Below are positions 1-9,024 of a stretch of 36,774 nucleotides of DNA, piece by piece. The notes under the pieces are model-generated. The model saw nothing but the letters and a program-made list of their open reading frames with translations. It did not search any database and was not told the origin of the DNA. Position 1 is the first letter of the stretch. Every line of letters starts with the position of its first letter. The translations under genes were made by a program, and so were the position numbers. This DNA is from Candidatus Parcubacteria bacterium (GTDB taxonomy: Bacteria; Patescibacteriota; Patescibacteriia; Patescibacteriales; UBA12465): the NCBI GenBank assembly GCA_037076615.1, contig AP029158.1, forward strand, positions 597,525 through 634,298, in the 5' to 3' direction.

Positions 1-2447
1 GCACAGGTACCACAGACACCACCACAACCGTCAGCGCCACAATTTCGGCCACTGCAGTTAGGAACGCAGACTAGCTCTTCACAGATACCATTATTACAGG
101 TTTTCCCGGAAGCGCAGGTGCCACAAGCATTGGGGTTGGTGCTACAGCCGTCACTGCCACATTCTCTTCCTGAACATTGAGGCAAACATTCACAAGCGCC
201 ACAATCTTTGGGACAGTTACTACAATTTTCTCTTAAAATGCCGCCACTAGATACCTGGCAAAAGCCATCACCACAGTAGCCGCCGCCATCTTGTGGGGCT
301 TTAAAAGCGCAGTGTTCATTACTATTAATTGGAAAAGGGGTATTTACTCCCAGGGGAGTAGTGCAAGCATATTGCAGATTAGAGGAATTACTAATTTCCC
401 CTTGAGGAACTAAGCCGTCTAAACCGTCGCACTGTTCAATGCCATTGTTTTGCGGCCCACCGGTGAACTCGGTATTTGGTTGCTGCCTAATGCCATCACC
501 ACAATAAGTATTAATGCGTAAGGCTAATTTTTTTTCTGCCGACTCACCAAAATTATCATTAGCTCTAAGAGTGAGAAGCGTGGTGGTGGGAGCGTTGGGG
601 GCAGAAGTATTGCCACTGGTTACTCGATAGGCCTCCAGAAAAGCATTGCCCCCTGAGTTTCTAATAACAAAGCCAAAAGGATTACTAGCGACTTGATAAT
701 TGATAGTGCGCACCCCTTGACTTAAGGGCCCCAGCAGACAAGCAGTGCCATCAATTTGATAGCCCTTGCCGAGACGAGCCTGGTTATCACAAGAAAAATT
801 GAGAGCGAGAGAGTCGCGAATAAAATCAAAAATTACGGTCTTGGCGTCAGCACCAGAACTATCACTGGCGGAAATTCGTACCTCATATTGGCCGCTTAAA
901 GACTGGGCTAAAGGGATCTCTAAAGAAATTTGTTTTCGATTAGAAGTGACATTGATAATTTTTGCCGTTGACACCGCTTGGGTTAAGCCAGCATTTAAGG
1001 CCGCGTTAGGCGAGCTTAATTGAAAATTAACCCGAGGATCACTACTGTTAATAAAGAAATTGTAGCGTAAAGATCCGCCTTGAAAAGAATTGTAACTGAC
1101 ATTTTCGGCCTCAATCGCTATTTTTAAAATATCAAAAATTTCCAAATTTATCGGCGTCGTGCTAATAGCCCCGCGGCCATCGGTAAGGGTGAGAATCATC
1201 GGGTAGGCGCCTTGACTCCCCGCCGAAGAGGCATAAACCTTTTTTTGAGAGGGGTCGCCGGTGGCTTCTAAAATCGGAATCGCGCCCCAAGAAGAAAAGT
1301 TTCCCGCCGGAGCTAAACGCCAAGAAACGATATCACCTTCCGGGTCGCCAACTTTCAGATAGCCATTAAATTCTTTATTTGCTTCGCCCTTTAAAAATGA
1401 ACTGATCAAAGTTGGGGGCTGGTTAACGACGCCACCTTGATAACCACCTTTGCTCGCGCAATTTAGAGAAGTTAAAAGAGTGCTAGCAGTATCATAACCT
1501 AGGGACGGGGTTTCAAAAGTGGCACAGAGATTATAGGAAACGCCTCCCGGCAAAGCTCGATAAATCATGGCGTAACTACCAGCAGGAAGTGTTAATTGAG
1601 AATCAAAAAATCTTTTTGTTTGGGGATTCCAACAAGTTCCGGGCTCAAACCCCGGGCAGCTGCCTAAAGAATTAACAGGGTCAACAACTAAAGTGTTCAA
1701 ACCTAAGGGCTCCCGAAAATTATCAGTCCAGCTCGGCCAGACCGAAATGGTTGCCCCCGGCAAATATGAGCCTTCACTTAAGTCAGGATAAGAGCCCTCA
1801 ACTTTTTTATAAGCTTCTAATTTTTCTTCAATCTGACTTAACTTCCCTAAACGATTAATATCTCGGATTAAGCCCGCCTTTAAACTATTACAATGAGAGT
1901 TTAAGGGGCAATCACTATCAATCAAACATTCGGTAGGCTGACTTAAAGCACACTTACCATAATTAGCCTGGTTCGGATCATTGGCACAAATAAAACCACT
2001 CGGACAATCATCAGGTTTAGAGCAAGTCAAAGAAGCGATTGAGCAGGCTCCTTTTTGGGGGAGGTTGCTGTTAAATTTCCAGTGAGAAATTAATTGTCCT
2101 AAAATATCTTGAGTCTGATCTTGCGACTCTTGGTTGTAGGAAATGAGATAGACGTTAGTATAGATTTTTTTATTACTATCAACATTAGCAGCGTTAACAA
2201 ATACTGTGCGTCCATCACGAATCGCCTCATAACCATCAACTGTCAAACTTTGCGGCGAACCTTGATAGCCTTGTTTTTTATACCAAACCTCAATACTGTC
2301 ATGTTCCAAATTAGGCAGCACCCGCACAGCGATAGCATCGGATTCGGCCGCTTGTCCTGGCGGAGTCAGGCCAATAATAGCCACCGCAAACAGGAGGAGA
2401 CCGGAGATAATTAGGGGTCGTTTAAAACGACGAATTAAAGCAAACAT
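1..2447 (-). CDS. Large secreted cysteine-rich surface protein, N-terminal part only (start ATG at 2447; at least 815 codons; C-terminus lies beyond the left window edge)
   Basis: Not in the supplied ORF track. I read the minus-strand frame anchored on the ATG at 2447..2445 triplet by triplet down to position 3 and found no TAA/TAG/TGA. The N-terminus MFALIRRFKRPLIISGLLLFAVAIIGLTPPGQAAES looks like a signal peptide. Downstream are a He_PIG/cadherin-like segment (GDPEGDIVSWRLAPAG...), a CGDG...EQCDG motif and two tandem CxPxCSGRxCGxDGC...CGTC repeats at nt 1-195. It lies on the same strand 31 nt downstream of the 2181-aa gene. Confidence 0.85.
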   Translation of the reverse strand, partial: MFALIRRFKRPLIISGLLLFAVAIIGLTPPGQAAESDAIAVRVLPNLEHDSIEVWYKKQGYQGSPQSLTVDGYEAIRDGRTVFVNAANVDSNKKIYTNVYLISYNQESQDQTQDILGQLISHWKFNSNLPQKGACSIASLTCSKPDDCPSGFICANDPNQANYGKCALSQPTECLIDSDCPLNSHCNSLKAGLIRDINRLGKLSQIEEKLEAYKKVEGSYPDLSEGSYLPGATISVWPSWTDNFREPLGLNTLVVDPVNSLGSCPGFEPGTCWNPQTKRFFDSQLTLPAGSYAMIYRALPGGVSYNLCATFETPSLGYDTASTLLTSLNCASKGGYQGGVVNQPPTLISSFLKGEANKEFNGYLKVGDPEGDIVSWRLAPAGNFSSWGAIPILEATGDPSQKKVYASSAGSQGAYPMILTLTDGRGAISTTPINLEIFDILKIAIEAENVSYNSFQGGSLRYNFFINSSDPRVNFQLSSPNAALNAGLTQAVSTAKIINVTSNRKQISLEIPLAQSLSGQYEVRISASDSSGADAKTVIFDFIRDSLALNFSCDNQARLGKGYQIDGTACLLGPLSQGVRTINYQVASNPFGFVIRNSGGNAFLEAYRVTSGNTSAPNAPTTTLLTLRANDNFGESAEKKLALRINTYCGDGIRQQPNTEFTGGPQNNGIEQCDGLDGLVPQGEISNSSNLQYACTTPLGVNTPFPINSNEHCAFKAPQDGGGYCGDGFCQVSSGGILRENCSNCPKDCGACECLPQCSGRECGSDGCSTNPNACGTCASGKTCNNGICEELVCVPNCSGRNCGADGCGGVCGTC

Positions 2448-2478
2448 GTGAGTGAAATATTAAAAAAATAATAAAAAA

Positions 2479-5400
2479 CTAAGGAATAGTAACTTTAATT
2501 TCTGAAGAACTAAGACTGATATTGCCGGAATTATCAACGGCAACCAAATAAAAGTAATGTTCTCCTGCCTGAAAATTATTTGTTTCTAAAGTAATTCTGG
2601 TGGCTTTATTCTGGGAATCAAAAGATTCAGCCGCCCGTTTTCCAGGGAAAATTCCATGAAAGAGTCGGTAATACTGAGTGTCGTCACGATTAGCTAACCA
2701 AGATAAGGTTAACTGATTTTCATTTAATTCTGCCTTTAGCCCCTGCGGAATAGCGGGTGGGGTGGTATCAGTAGGGAAAGCTTCGCGCGCTCCAGAAAGT
2801 GGGCTTTCCGCTTGATTCTCAGTGAGTGCCGTCATTCTAAAAATATACTTCTCCCCATCTATCAAACCGCTAACCACATGAGAGCAATATTGCTTTTGGT
2901 CCACGATTGAGCAAGCGGCTGCTCCTAAGGGAACGGTTTTTATAAATGACTGTTTATTGCTACCTGCTAAGCCATAGTATAGCTTAAAAGCAACAATTGG
3001 GACATCCAAGCTCAGAGGACTGCTCCAACTTAAGCGTAATTCTCCGCCCTGACCAGTGCTTTTAATTTCCCAAATTTCTCCCGCTAAAGGAATTGTTTCC
3101 CGAAAGAAATAAGATTCTTTTAAGATACTCCAAATACAAGTTCCGCTGCTGCCACAGGCGGCTCCAGCTGAAGAACAAGGACTGTTATCAGTGCTACAAA
3201 CCAAGCTACCAGAGCTGCCTAAAATGAGCGCGGGGTCAATCACTAACGGCAAATCATCGGCCGTCCCCGGCTCACCGGCGTCACGGCAATAATAAAATTT
3301 ATAATTATAATCTAGACAACCAGCAATAGCCCGGCCATCACGATCACGGCAACTATCGTACCACGGCTGCCATAAACCATTTCTAACTGGCGGCCAAGGG
3401 TTAGCGCAAAGGAAAACCTGAATGTCAGCCTTTGCTTCGTAACCATTACCGACAAAAGAAATATTGTCAGTCGCGCCATCCATATCAACCAGGACTTTAA
3501 TCTTGGTGCTATTATCAGTAACCCCCGCTAAACTACGCACCACCTGACGATCAGCCAAAAGTCCACTTAAAGGTACTGTCTCCACCACCGACCGATTATC
3601 TAAAGACCAACGCCAATTCCAATAATAACCGATGACTGGCTGAATTATCTGACCATCTTTACTATAAGCGTTAGCATAAAAAGCTCGATCATTATCATTC
3701 ACAGTATCAAATTTAGCATCGCTAGGATTATCATCGGTAGTATTATTATCGGGATTATTTAAGAGAATATTAGTCGGATCTAATTTTACGGAGTCAATTT
3801 CACACAAACCGTTCTGTTGAGACTTGTCATCTAAGGTCTCAAAACTCGTTACGTAAACATTATTGAAATCACGAATATTAAAAGTTGCTGCCCGACCAGT
3901 CTTCATCCCCACCCCATAAATATTTAAGACGCCACTATTGCTGTCAGCACTCTCATCTCCTTTAACTAGGACAAAGTAACGGGCATTAGCCGCTAACAAT
4001 TCCTGAGGGCGTAAGAAAACCGTCGTGGCCGGCTGATTATTATAGAAGGAGGGATTATAAACTAGTTCTACCGGTTTAGCGCAATATAATTTCCCCGAAG
4101 CTGGCAGGGCTGCCAAAGCTGATGGCGACGAATTAAACCAATTTTTCACCCGGGCAATTAATCTGACAAAAAATGAGCGCTCATCGGGGCCACCATCGGC
4201 AATTAGTGTTCCCGACGGACAGGCACCATCAGCGTAATCTCTCTCTTCAACTAATAAAATATTATTAGCTAAAGTGCCAATCTGCATCATCTCATTGAAC
4301 TCTATTTTAATTTGCGCATTGCGACAAACATTCGCCTGATCGTTTTTCGGTAAAACATTAATCACTTGCGGACGAGCATGACAACAAGTATCATTACCGC
4401 AACCAACATCGCCGCCACACTCCTCATCCTTGGTGCAACCACAAAAGAGGCCACGATCACCGCCGGTACAATTACCTTTATCAGCCACACAAACCAGGTT
4501 CTCATTGAGCTTATCTCCAGGCGTACAGCAGCAGAAACCACACTCTTCCGTCCCCAAACATTCATAGGGCGACTGACAAATACTAGTATCGCAAGCTGTT
4601 AATAGATCGGAGTGGCAAGAATTACCGGGTTGATTGGGCCCCTTAGCACACTGGGCGCGACACTCGGGCAAACCTAAATATTCGCCATTAATAGCTGCCG
4701 TACTATCATCACAAACTTTTTTAGTTTCAAAAGATGACTCACCGGTTTCCGGATCAACAATTTCTTTAACTTCATCTTCGCAATTATAGTAAGCGCAATA
4801 ATTAATTCCTTCGGCGGCGATAATTTTATCCGTACCATTGGTACACTTATTGTTTTTAGCGTCAAAGCAACAAGCATCATATTGTGAGCACTCGGCCTCA
4901 GTGGTTGCTAAATCACAAACCGTTCTCGGATCTTCGGGGCAAGTTTCCTGGCAAGTATCTAATTTCTTAAATCTTCCGGTCGGCGCGGGATTCTCATTAC
5001 AAATAGTTTTATCATTGGCGTCACAGTCATAGTAAGCACAGCGCCCATCGGCTAATTTCGTTCCATCGCCGCCCTGACAAGTTTGTTTTGCCTGGTCAAA
5101 ACAGCACTGAGTGCTGTGCTCTAAGCAGCCAGCCTCATCTAAAGCGCCACAATCAACACAAATGCCTTCCGGTTTACTAATATCACAGAATTTACCGCTC
5201 GTTGACAAACAATTACAAGCGGCATCGCGCTCGGCCGCTGTGTTGCCAGCAGCGGTACAGCCGGTACAGAAACCGAAGCCAACGCCATCGGCGCTCTGGT
5301 CGCTACCACAAGTCCCGCCACATTTTAAAGGTACGCAACAGTCTCGTGCATCTTGACCAATCTCACAACAACAATCACAAGAAGATTCAGACGGAATTAA

Positions 5401-8400
5401 ACAGGCCAACTGTCCAGGCTGCTGAGCATTAAAGCCACAATAGGCCCCTGAACTGCTACAAATTTTAGCCGACTCACAAACGCCAATATCACCACTTTGG
5501 TAATTATCGGCCACGCACTTAAATCCGACCTCGCAGGTGTCACAAGGGGTCGGTGCATTACCAACGCAATAGCCTTGACCAGCAGCTTGCCAGCCATCGG
5601 GACAAGAAGTTTCCACCTTTAAATGTTTGACTAGAGCGGTTTGGCCATCGGGCCCAGTATAAGGACGACAAGAAGTCAGGCCGCTATACTCTTTATCACC
5701 TAGATAATAAGTGAAGCTTTGTTCTAATAAACAACTATTGGCGCGACAAGTGTCGGTGACCTGGTTATATAAACAATCATTGCCCTGACAATAGGTAAGG
5801 GCGCCGCAAGGCTTTAAATCCGCGCCACAAATTTTTCCAATTTTAGGAATTGAGCCATCAAAAGGAGAGCACTTCCCTGGAGAATTAGGACAGAGCTGTC
5901 CGGTCTGACAAGTACCAAAAGCCGAAGCTAAGCCCTGACAATCCGCATAATCAGTTTCCGTACCAGTCCCTGAAGAAGAGGTGTCAAAACGGGTTTCGTA
6001 AACGGAATTAGGGACTTGGAAATAACAAGATAATAAATCTGTTTCACAAGAACCGGATTTATAAGTTCCGGTCGGGCAACAAACAGGGGTCGCCGCGCCA
6101 CATTCATCATTAGCCGTACATTGACCAACAATAAAATTAAGTTCATTTCCCCACTCACTATTTTTTAAAACGCGAACGGGACCGGTAATTGCCGGCGTGC
6201 CATTGGCGCTAATCGGCACCGTCGTAACAATTTTATCGGCTCGATTTTCTTTCTGAACCGGCGCCGAAGTATTGACGCCGCGATTAAAGACCACAGTTGC
6301 CTGGCTTCCCGCCAATCCAAAATATTCCCCCCACAAAGAAACCGTATCGCCAACTTGGCCGCGCTCCGGGCTAATTTTACAAAGACTAGTTTTTAAAGAC
6401 TCGTTCGAATCAAAACGAAAAGCATTATTAGGCGCCAGTAAATCCGAGTTAATCACCGCGTTGCCTAAATTAATTCTAATTTGATGATAGCCAGAGCTTA
6501 AACCTTCAGGGATTTTTACAACTATCTGACTATCGCTCCAAACGGCACTCGTACAAACTTCCGGAAATTCGTAAGACGCTTCTTGATTACCAATAAAAAC
6601 CTGACGGCTGCCACGAAGATTACCAAAGCCACCGCCGGTAATCGTTAAGTATTGGCCGGCCGGACCAGAGACGGGCGAAAAACCAGAAATATAAGGCCCC
6701 GCTTCCGGATCCTTGTTTTTAATAAATTTTAAAGCATTGCTTTTTTGATTAATGCCAGCTAAAGTCCGCTCCACAAAAGTCGTGGTCTGGCCAGAATTAA
6801 TATTTGGAGCGAGAGCCTGTCCGGATAAATTATCAACGGCAAAAGAAGAATTAATTCCCTGGTAGGCATTATTATACTTACCAAAATAAGCAACCGCATC
6901 TCTTAAGTTAATTCCTTGATAAGAAACGCGATCGCCTAACTGACCCGCTTCGGGGCTAATTTGACAAAGGCCCGGACGATAAACATTATTGCGAACAAAG
7001 TCCGGTATTTTGGGGCCAATATTATCATTAGTCGTATCAGAATTATTTTCCCCGAGGCCTTCACGTTCAATCATTATTGGTCCTGACATCGCCCCGGAGG
7101 GAACCGCAACGGTTATCTGCCGGTCCGTCCAATAGCTAACACAGTTGGGATTTAAAGAATTAGGGAAGTTGGCCGCTTGAGTTTGGCTAGGATCGGCCCC
7201 TAAAAAAGAGACGCGACCGTTAGTTAAATTTTTAAGGACCAAAAAATCATCAATATAAAAATTCGTTCCGACCGCACTGGTGCGATTATAACCAATACTG
7301 AAAGCAAGTTTAAGAATTTTATTACCACTACTATTTACCCACGACGCCATCTCGGGGGTGTATTGAAAAGTATAAGAATAGAGAGTCCAGTCAGCCGTTT
7401 CTCCAGAAGGAATGGCCGGTAAATTTAAAGATTGATAACATTTTTTTTGCGCCGGCGCATTAAAGCAGCAATTATTAGGCTGATCGGCGCAAGTCTGACC
7501 GTAATCTGAGAGACAAGGATCTTCTCCACCACTGACCGAGGGGGTAACCTTCCCGCCATCCCAAACATAACCAGATTTCAAAGTGCCGGGGACATCATAA
7601 CCAAGGCATTGACTATTCCAACCAGGGTTAGGCGTAATAGTTAGGTTAATAGCCGCATCATTTTTCCCTTGATAATAAAATTGAATAGTGTAGGTGTCGC
7701 CAAGGCGCAAATCTAGGGGAGCCAGGTCGTAAGTCGCTTCGGCCCACATAACCCTATTGGTGTTGCCCCAAAATAAAGACTCGCCCTCCCGATAAACTGA
7801 CGGGGCTTGACTATTTTTTTCATCGGCCTGGTTAAAAGTACAAGTCCGATTAAACTCATTCCAAGTACAACTATTTAAATCGGTACAGACCTGACGATTA
7901 CAAACTCCAGGATAAGGGAGATTAGCGGCTTGCCCAATTTTAAGACTCTTAGTGCCCGAGCGAGCGGCTTCCTGACTTATTCCTGCCTGAGATTTTTGCT
8001 GCGTCCTCACAGCCCAAGAAGCTGGTATGCCGCCCACACTGCCAGACTCAAAATTAATCTGTGTTAAAGCTGTTTGGGAAATATCAACGAGTGAACCAAA
8101 GTTATAACCGTAAAGAGTTAAAAAATTATTGGCGGCGCCATTAGGTGAAACTTGGTCACAGTTACCGCCAGAGAGACAATCAGAATCATAATTACAGCCC
8201 CGATCTTGATCGTTGCTACAAAAGCCACCGACGGGACTAATGGCCGTAATTACCGGGGGCCCTTCGCAAAGACAGGACTCATTATTACACTTTAAATAGG
8301 GGCCGCATAAACTATCATTAGCTTCGCAGCGGCCGCTGCCACTTTTATCACTATTACAGGCCTCTCCCCAACCCGAACGGGGCTTACATTCGCAAGTGGC

Positions 8401-9024
8401 ATCATCGCATAAATAATCGAGACCACAGATGTTGCTATCGGCTTGGCAACCACTTACTTCTGCCTTCCCATCACAGGAAACTGGATCACTGCTACTGCCC
8501 GGATCACAGAAAGAGCCTAAACAAGGACCCCAAACACCATTGCTACAAATCTGTTCGCCGCCACAACCACAAGAAACAACACTACCATTAGAGCAGCCAT
8601 CAGCACCGGAGCCGCCATTAAAGACATCGCCCGTCAGACGACTAAGAACAAAATAGGCGATTCCCCAAGAAGATAAAATTATTAATAAACCAATCGCTGA
8701 GTTTTTTAAAATTTTCTTAGCTTGAGCAATCTTGTCTTCACTGCCGCCAGCCGTCATCCAGAGAAAGCCCGCATAAATTATTAAAGAAACGGCAATAATT
8801 CCTAAGAGGCCGAGAAAAATATTAATTACTTTCGTAGCGATTTCAATTGGTCCTTGATTACTTAAAGCAATCGTACTCCCCACTTCTTCTAAACCAACAT
8901 TAAGAGTGGCCGAAGCCGTGGCCGCTAAACCACCAGACAAAATAATTAAAGTGATTAGTATCAAGATTTTTTTTCCGAAGTGGCGCATAAAAAAATAATT
9001 AACGGACACAGTTGCCCGCAGCAT
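2479..9024 (-). CDS. Giant (about 2170-2181 aa) secreted/anchored surface protein: T4SS-pilin-like N-terminal module, Cys-rich regions, IPT/TIG repeats, jelly-roll/CBM-like domain, SbsA/Big_5-like Ig domain, two C-terminal FN3 domains
   Basis: Uninterrupted 6.5-kb ORF. Motifs read by eye include IIAVSLIIYAGFLWMTAGGSEDKIAQAKKILK (pilin-like hairpin) and ISGFSPVSGPAGQYLTITGGGFG plus similar IPT/TIG segments. Others are FYIDDFLVLK (CBM-like), CCHARPQVINVLP...IKIEFNEMM (Big_5-like) and TTPPAIPQGLKAEL...YFYLVAVDNSGN (FN3). The more plausible start is the ATG at 8988 (MRHFGKKILILITLIILSGGLAATASA, signal-peptide-like). That start removes the 26-nt overlap with the upstream gene, whose stop is at 8999-9001. 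Confidence 0.95.
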   Translation of the reverse strand: MLRATVSVNYFFMRHFGKKILILITLIILSGGLAATASATLNVGLEEVGSTIALSNQGPIEIATKVINIFLGLLGIIAVSLIIYAGFLWMTAGGSEDKIAQAKKILKNSAIGLLIILSSWGIAYFVLSRLTGDVFNGGSGADGCSNGSVVSCGCGGEQICSNGVWGPCLGSFCDPGSSSDPVSCDGKAEVSGCQADSNICGLDYLCDDATCECKPRSGWGEACNSDKSGSGRCEANDSLCGPYLKCNNESCLCEGPPVITAISPVGGFCSNDQDRGCNYDSDCLSGGNCDQVSPNGAANNFLTLYGYNFGSLVDISQTALTQINFESGSVGGIPASWAVRTQQKSQAGISQEAARSGTKSLKIGQAANLPYPGVCNRQVCTDLNSCTWNEFNRTCTFNQADEKNSQAPSVYREGESLFWGNTNRVMWAEATYDLAPLDLRLGDTYTIQFYYQGKNDAAINLTITPNPGWNSQCLGYDVPGTLKSGYVWDGGKVTPSVSGGEDPCLSDYGQTCADQPNNCCFNAPAQKKCYQSLNLPAIPSGETADWTLYSYTFQYTPEMASWVNSSGNKILKLAFSIGYNRTSAVGTNFYIDDFLVLKNLTNGRVSFLGADPSQTQAANFPNSLNPNCVSYWTDRQITVAVPSGAMSGPIMIEREGLGENNSDTTNDNIGPKIPDFVRNNVYRPGLCQISPEAGQLGDRVSYQGINLRDAVAYFGKYNNAYQGINSSFAVDNLSGQALAPNINSGQTTTFVERTLAGINQKSNALKFIKNKDPEAGPYISGFSPVSGPAGQYLTITGGGFGNLRGSRQVFIGNQEASYEFPEVCTSAVWSDSQIVVKIPEGLSSGYHQIRINLGNAVINSDLLAPNNAFRFDSNESLKTSLCKISPERGQVGDTVSLWGEYFGLAGSQATVVFNRGVNTSAPVQKENRADKIVTTVPISANGTPAITGPVRVLKNSEWGNELNFIVGQCTANDECGAATPVCCPTGTYKSGSCETDLLSCYFQVPNSVYETRFDTSSSGTGTETDYADCQGLASAFGTCQTGQLCPNSPGKCSPFDGSIPKIGKICGADLKPCGALTYCQGNDCLYNQVTDTCRANSCLLEQSFTYYLGDKEYSGLTSCRPYTGPDGQTALVKHLKVETSCPDGWQAAGQGYCVGNAPTPCDTCEVGFKCVADNYQSGDIGVCESAKICSSSGAYCGFNAQQPGQLACLIPSESSCDCCCEIGQDARDCCVPLKCGGTCGSDQSADGVGFGFCTGCTAAGNTAAERDAACNCLSTSGKFCDISKPEGICVDCGALDEAGCLEHSTQCCFDQAKQTCQGGDGTKLADGRCAYYDCDANDKTICNENPAPTGRFKKLDTCQETCPEDPRTVCDLATTEAECSQYDACCFDAKNNKCTNGTDKIIAAEGINYCAYYNCEDEVKEIVDPETGESSFETKKVCDDSTAAINGEYLGLPECRAQCAKGPNQPGNSCHSDLLTACDTSICQSPYECLGTEECGFCCCTPGDKLNENLVCVADKGNCTGGDRGLFCGCTKDEECGGDVGCGNDTCCHARPQVINVLPKNDQANVCRNAQIKIEFNEMMQIGTLANNILLVEERDYADGACPSGTLIADGGPDERSFFVRLIARVKNWFNSSPSALAALPASGKLYCAKPVELVYNPSFYNNQPATTVFLRPQELLAANARYFVLVKGDESADSNSGVLNIYGVGMKTGRAATFNIRDFNNVYVTSFETLDDKSQQNGLCEIDSVKLDPTNILLNNPDNNTTDDNPSDAKFDTVNDNDRAFYANAYSKDGQIIQPVIGYYWNWRWSLDNRSVVETVPLSGLLADRQVVRSLAGVTDNSTKIKVLVDMDGATDNISFVGNGYEAKADIQVFLCANPWPPVRNGLWQPWYDSCRDRDGRAIAGCLDYNYKFYYCRDAGEPGTADDLPLVIDPALILGSSGSLVCSTDNSPCSSAGAACGSSGTCIWSILKESYFFRETIPLAGEIWEIKSTGQGGELRLSWSSPLSLDVPIVAFKLYYGLAGSNKQSFIKTVPLGAAACSIVDQKQYCSHVVSGLIDGEKYIFRMTALTENQAESPLSGAREAFPTDTTPPAIPQGLKAELNENQLTLSWLANRDDTQYYRLFHGIFPGKRAAESFDSQNKATRITLETNNFQAGEHYFYLVAVDNSGNISLSSSEIKVTIP
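8635..8874 (-). repeat. Copy 1 of the duplicated pilin-like anchor module (coding; paralogue of 11324-11563)
   Basis: The core 60 aa (nt 8635-8814) are 50/60 identical to the other copy by hand alignment. Identical nucleotide runs include gtcatccagagaaagcc and gcataaattattaaaga. Confidence 0.85.

Noticed and set aside
766-2414. Plus-strand ORFs 766-1023 (85 aa) and 2109-2414 (101 aa) from the ORF track
   Set aside because: Both lie antisense inside the 815-codon minus-strand open frame (1-2447). That frame has a signal peptide and recognisable extracellular-domain motifs. The short products look like low-information antisense translations.
4362-6484. Cluster of 60-81-aa ORFs on both strands (4362-4565, 4366-4602, 4674-4880, 4838-5032, 5111-5356, 5139-5321, 5202-5432, 5397-5597, 5928-6158, 6165-6353, 6272-6484), plus 8429-8656
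   Set aside because: All are nested in alternative frames of the 6.5-kb giant CDS. The Cys/Gly/Ala-codon-rich composition suppresses stops in off-frames. None has independent start or stop context.
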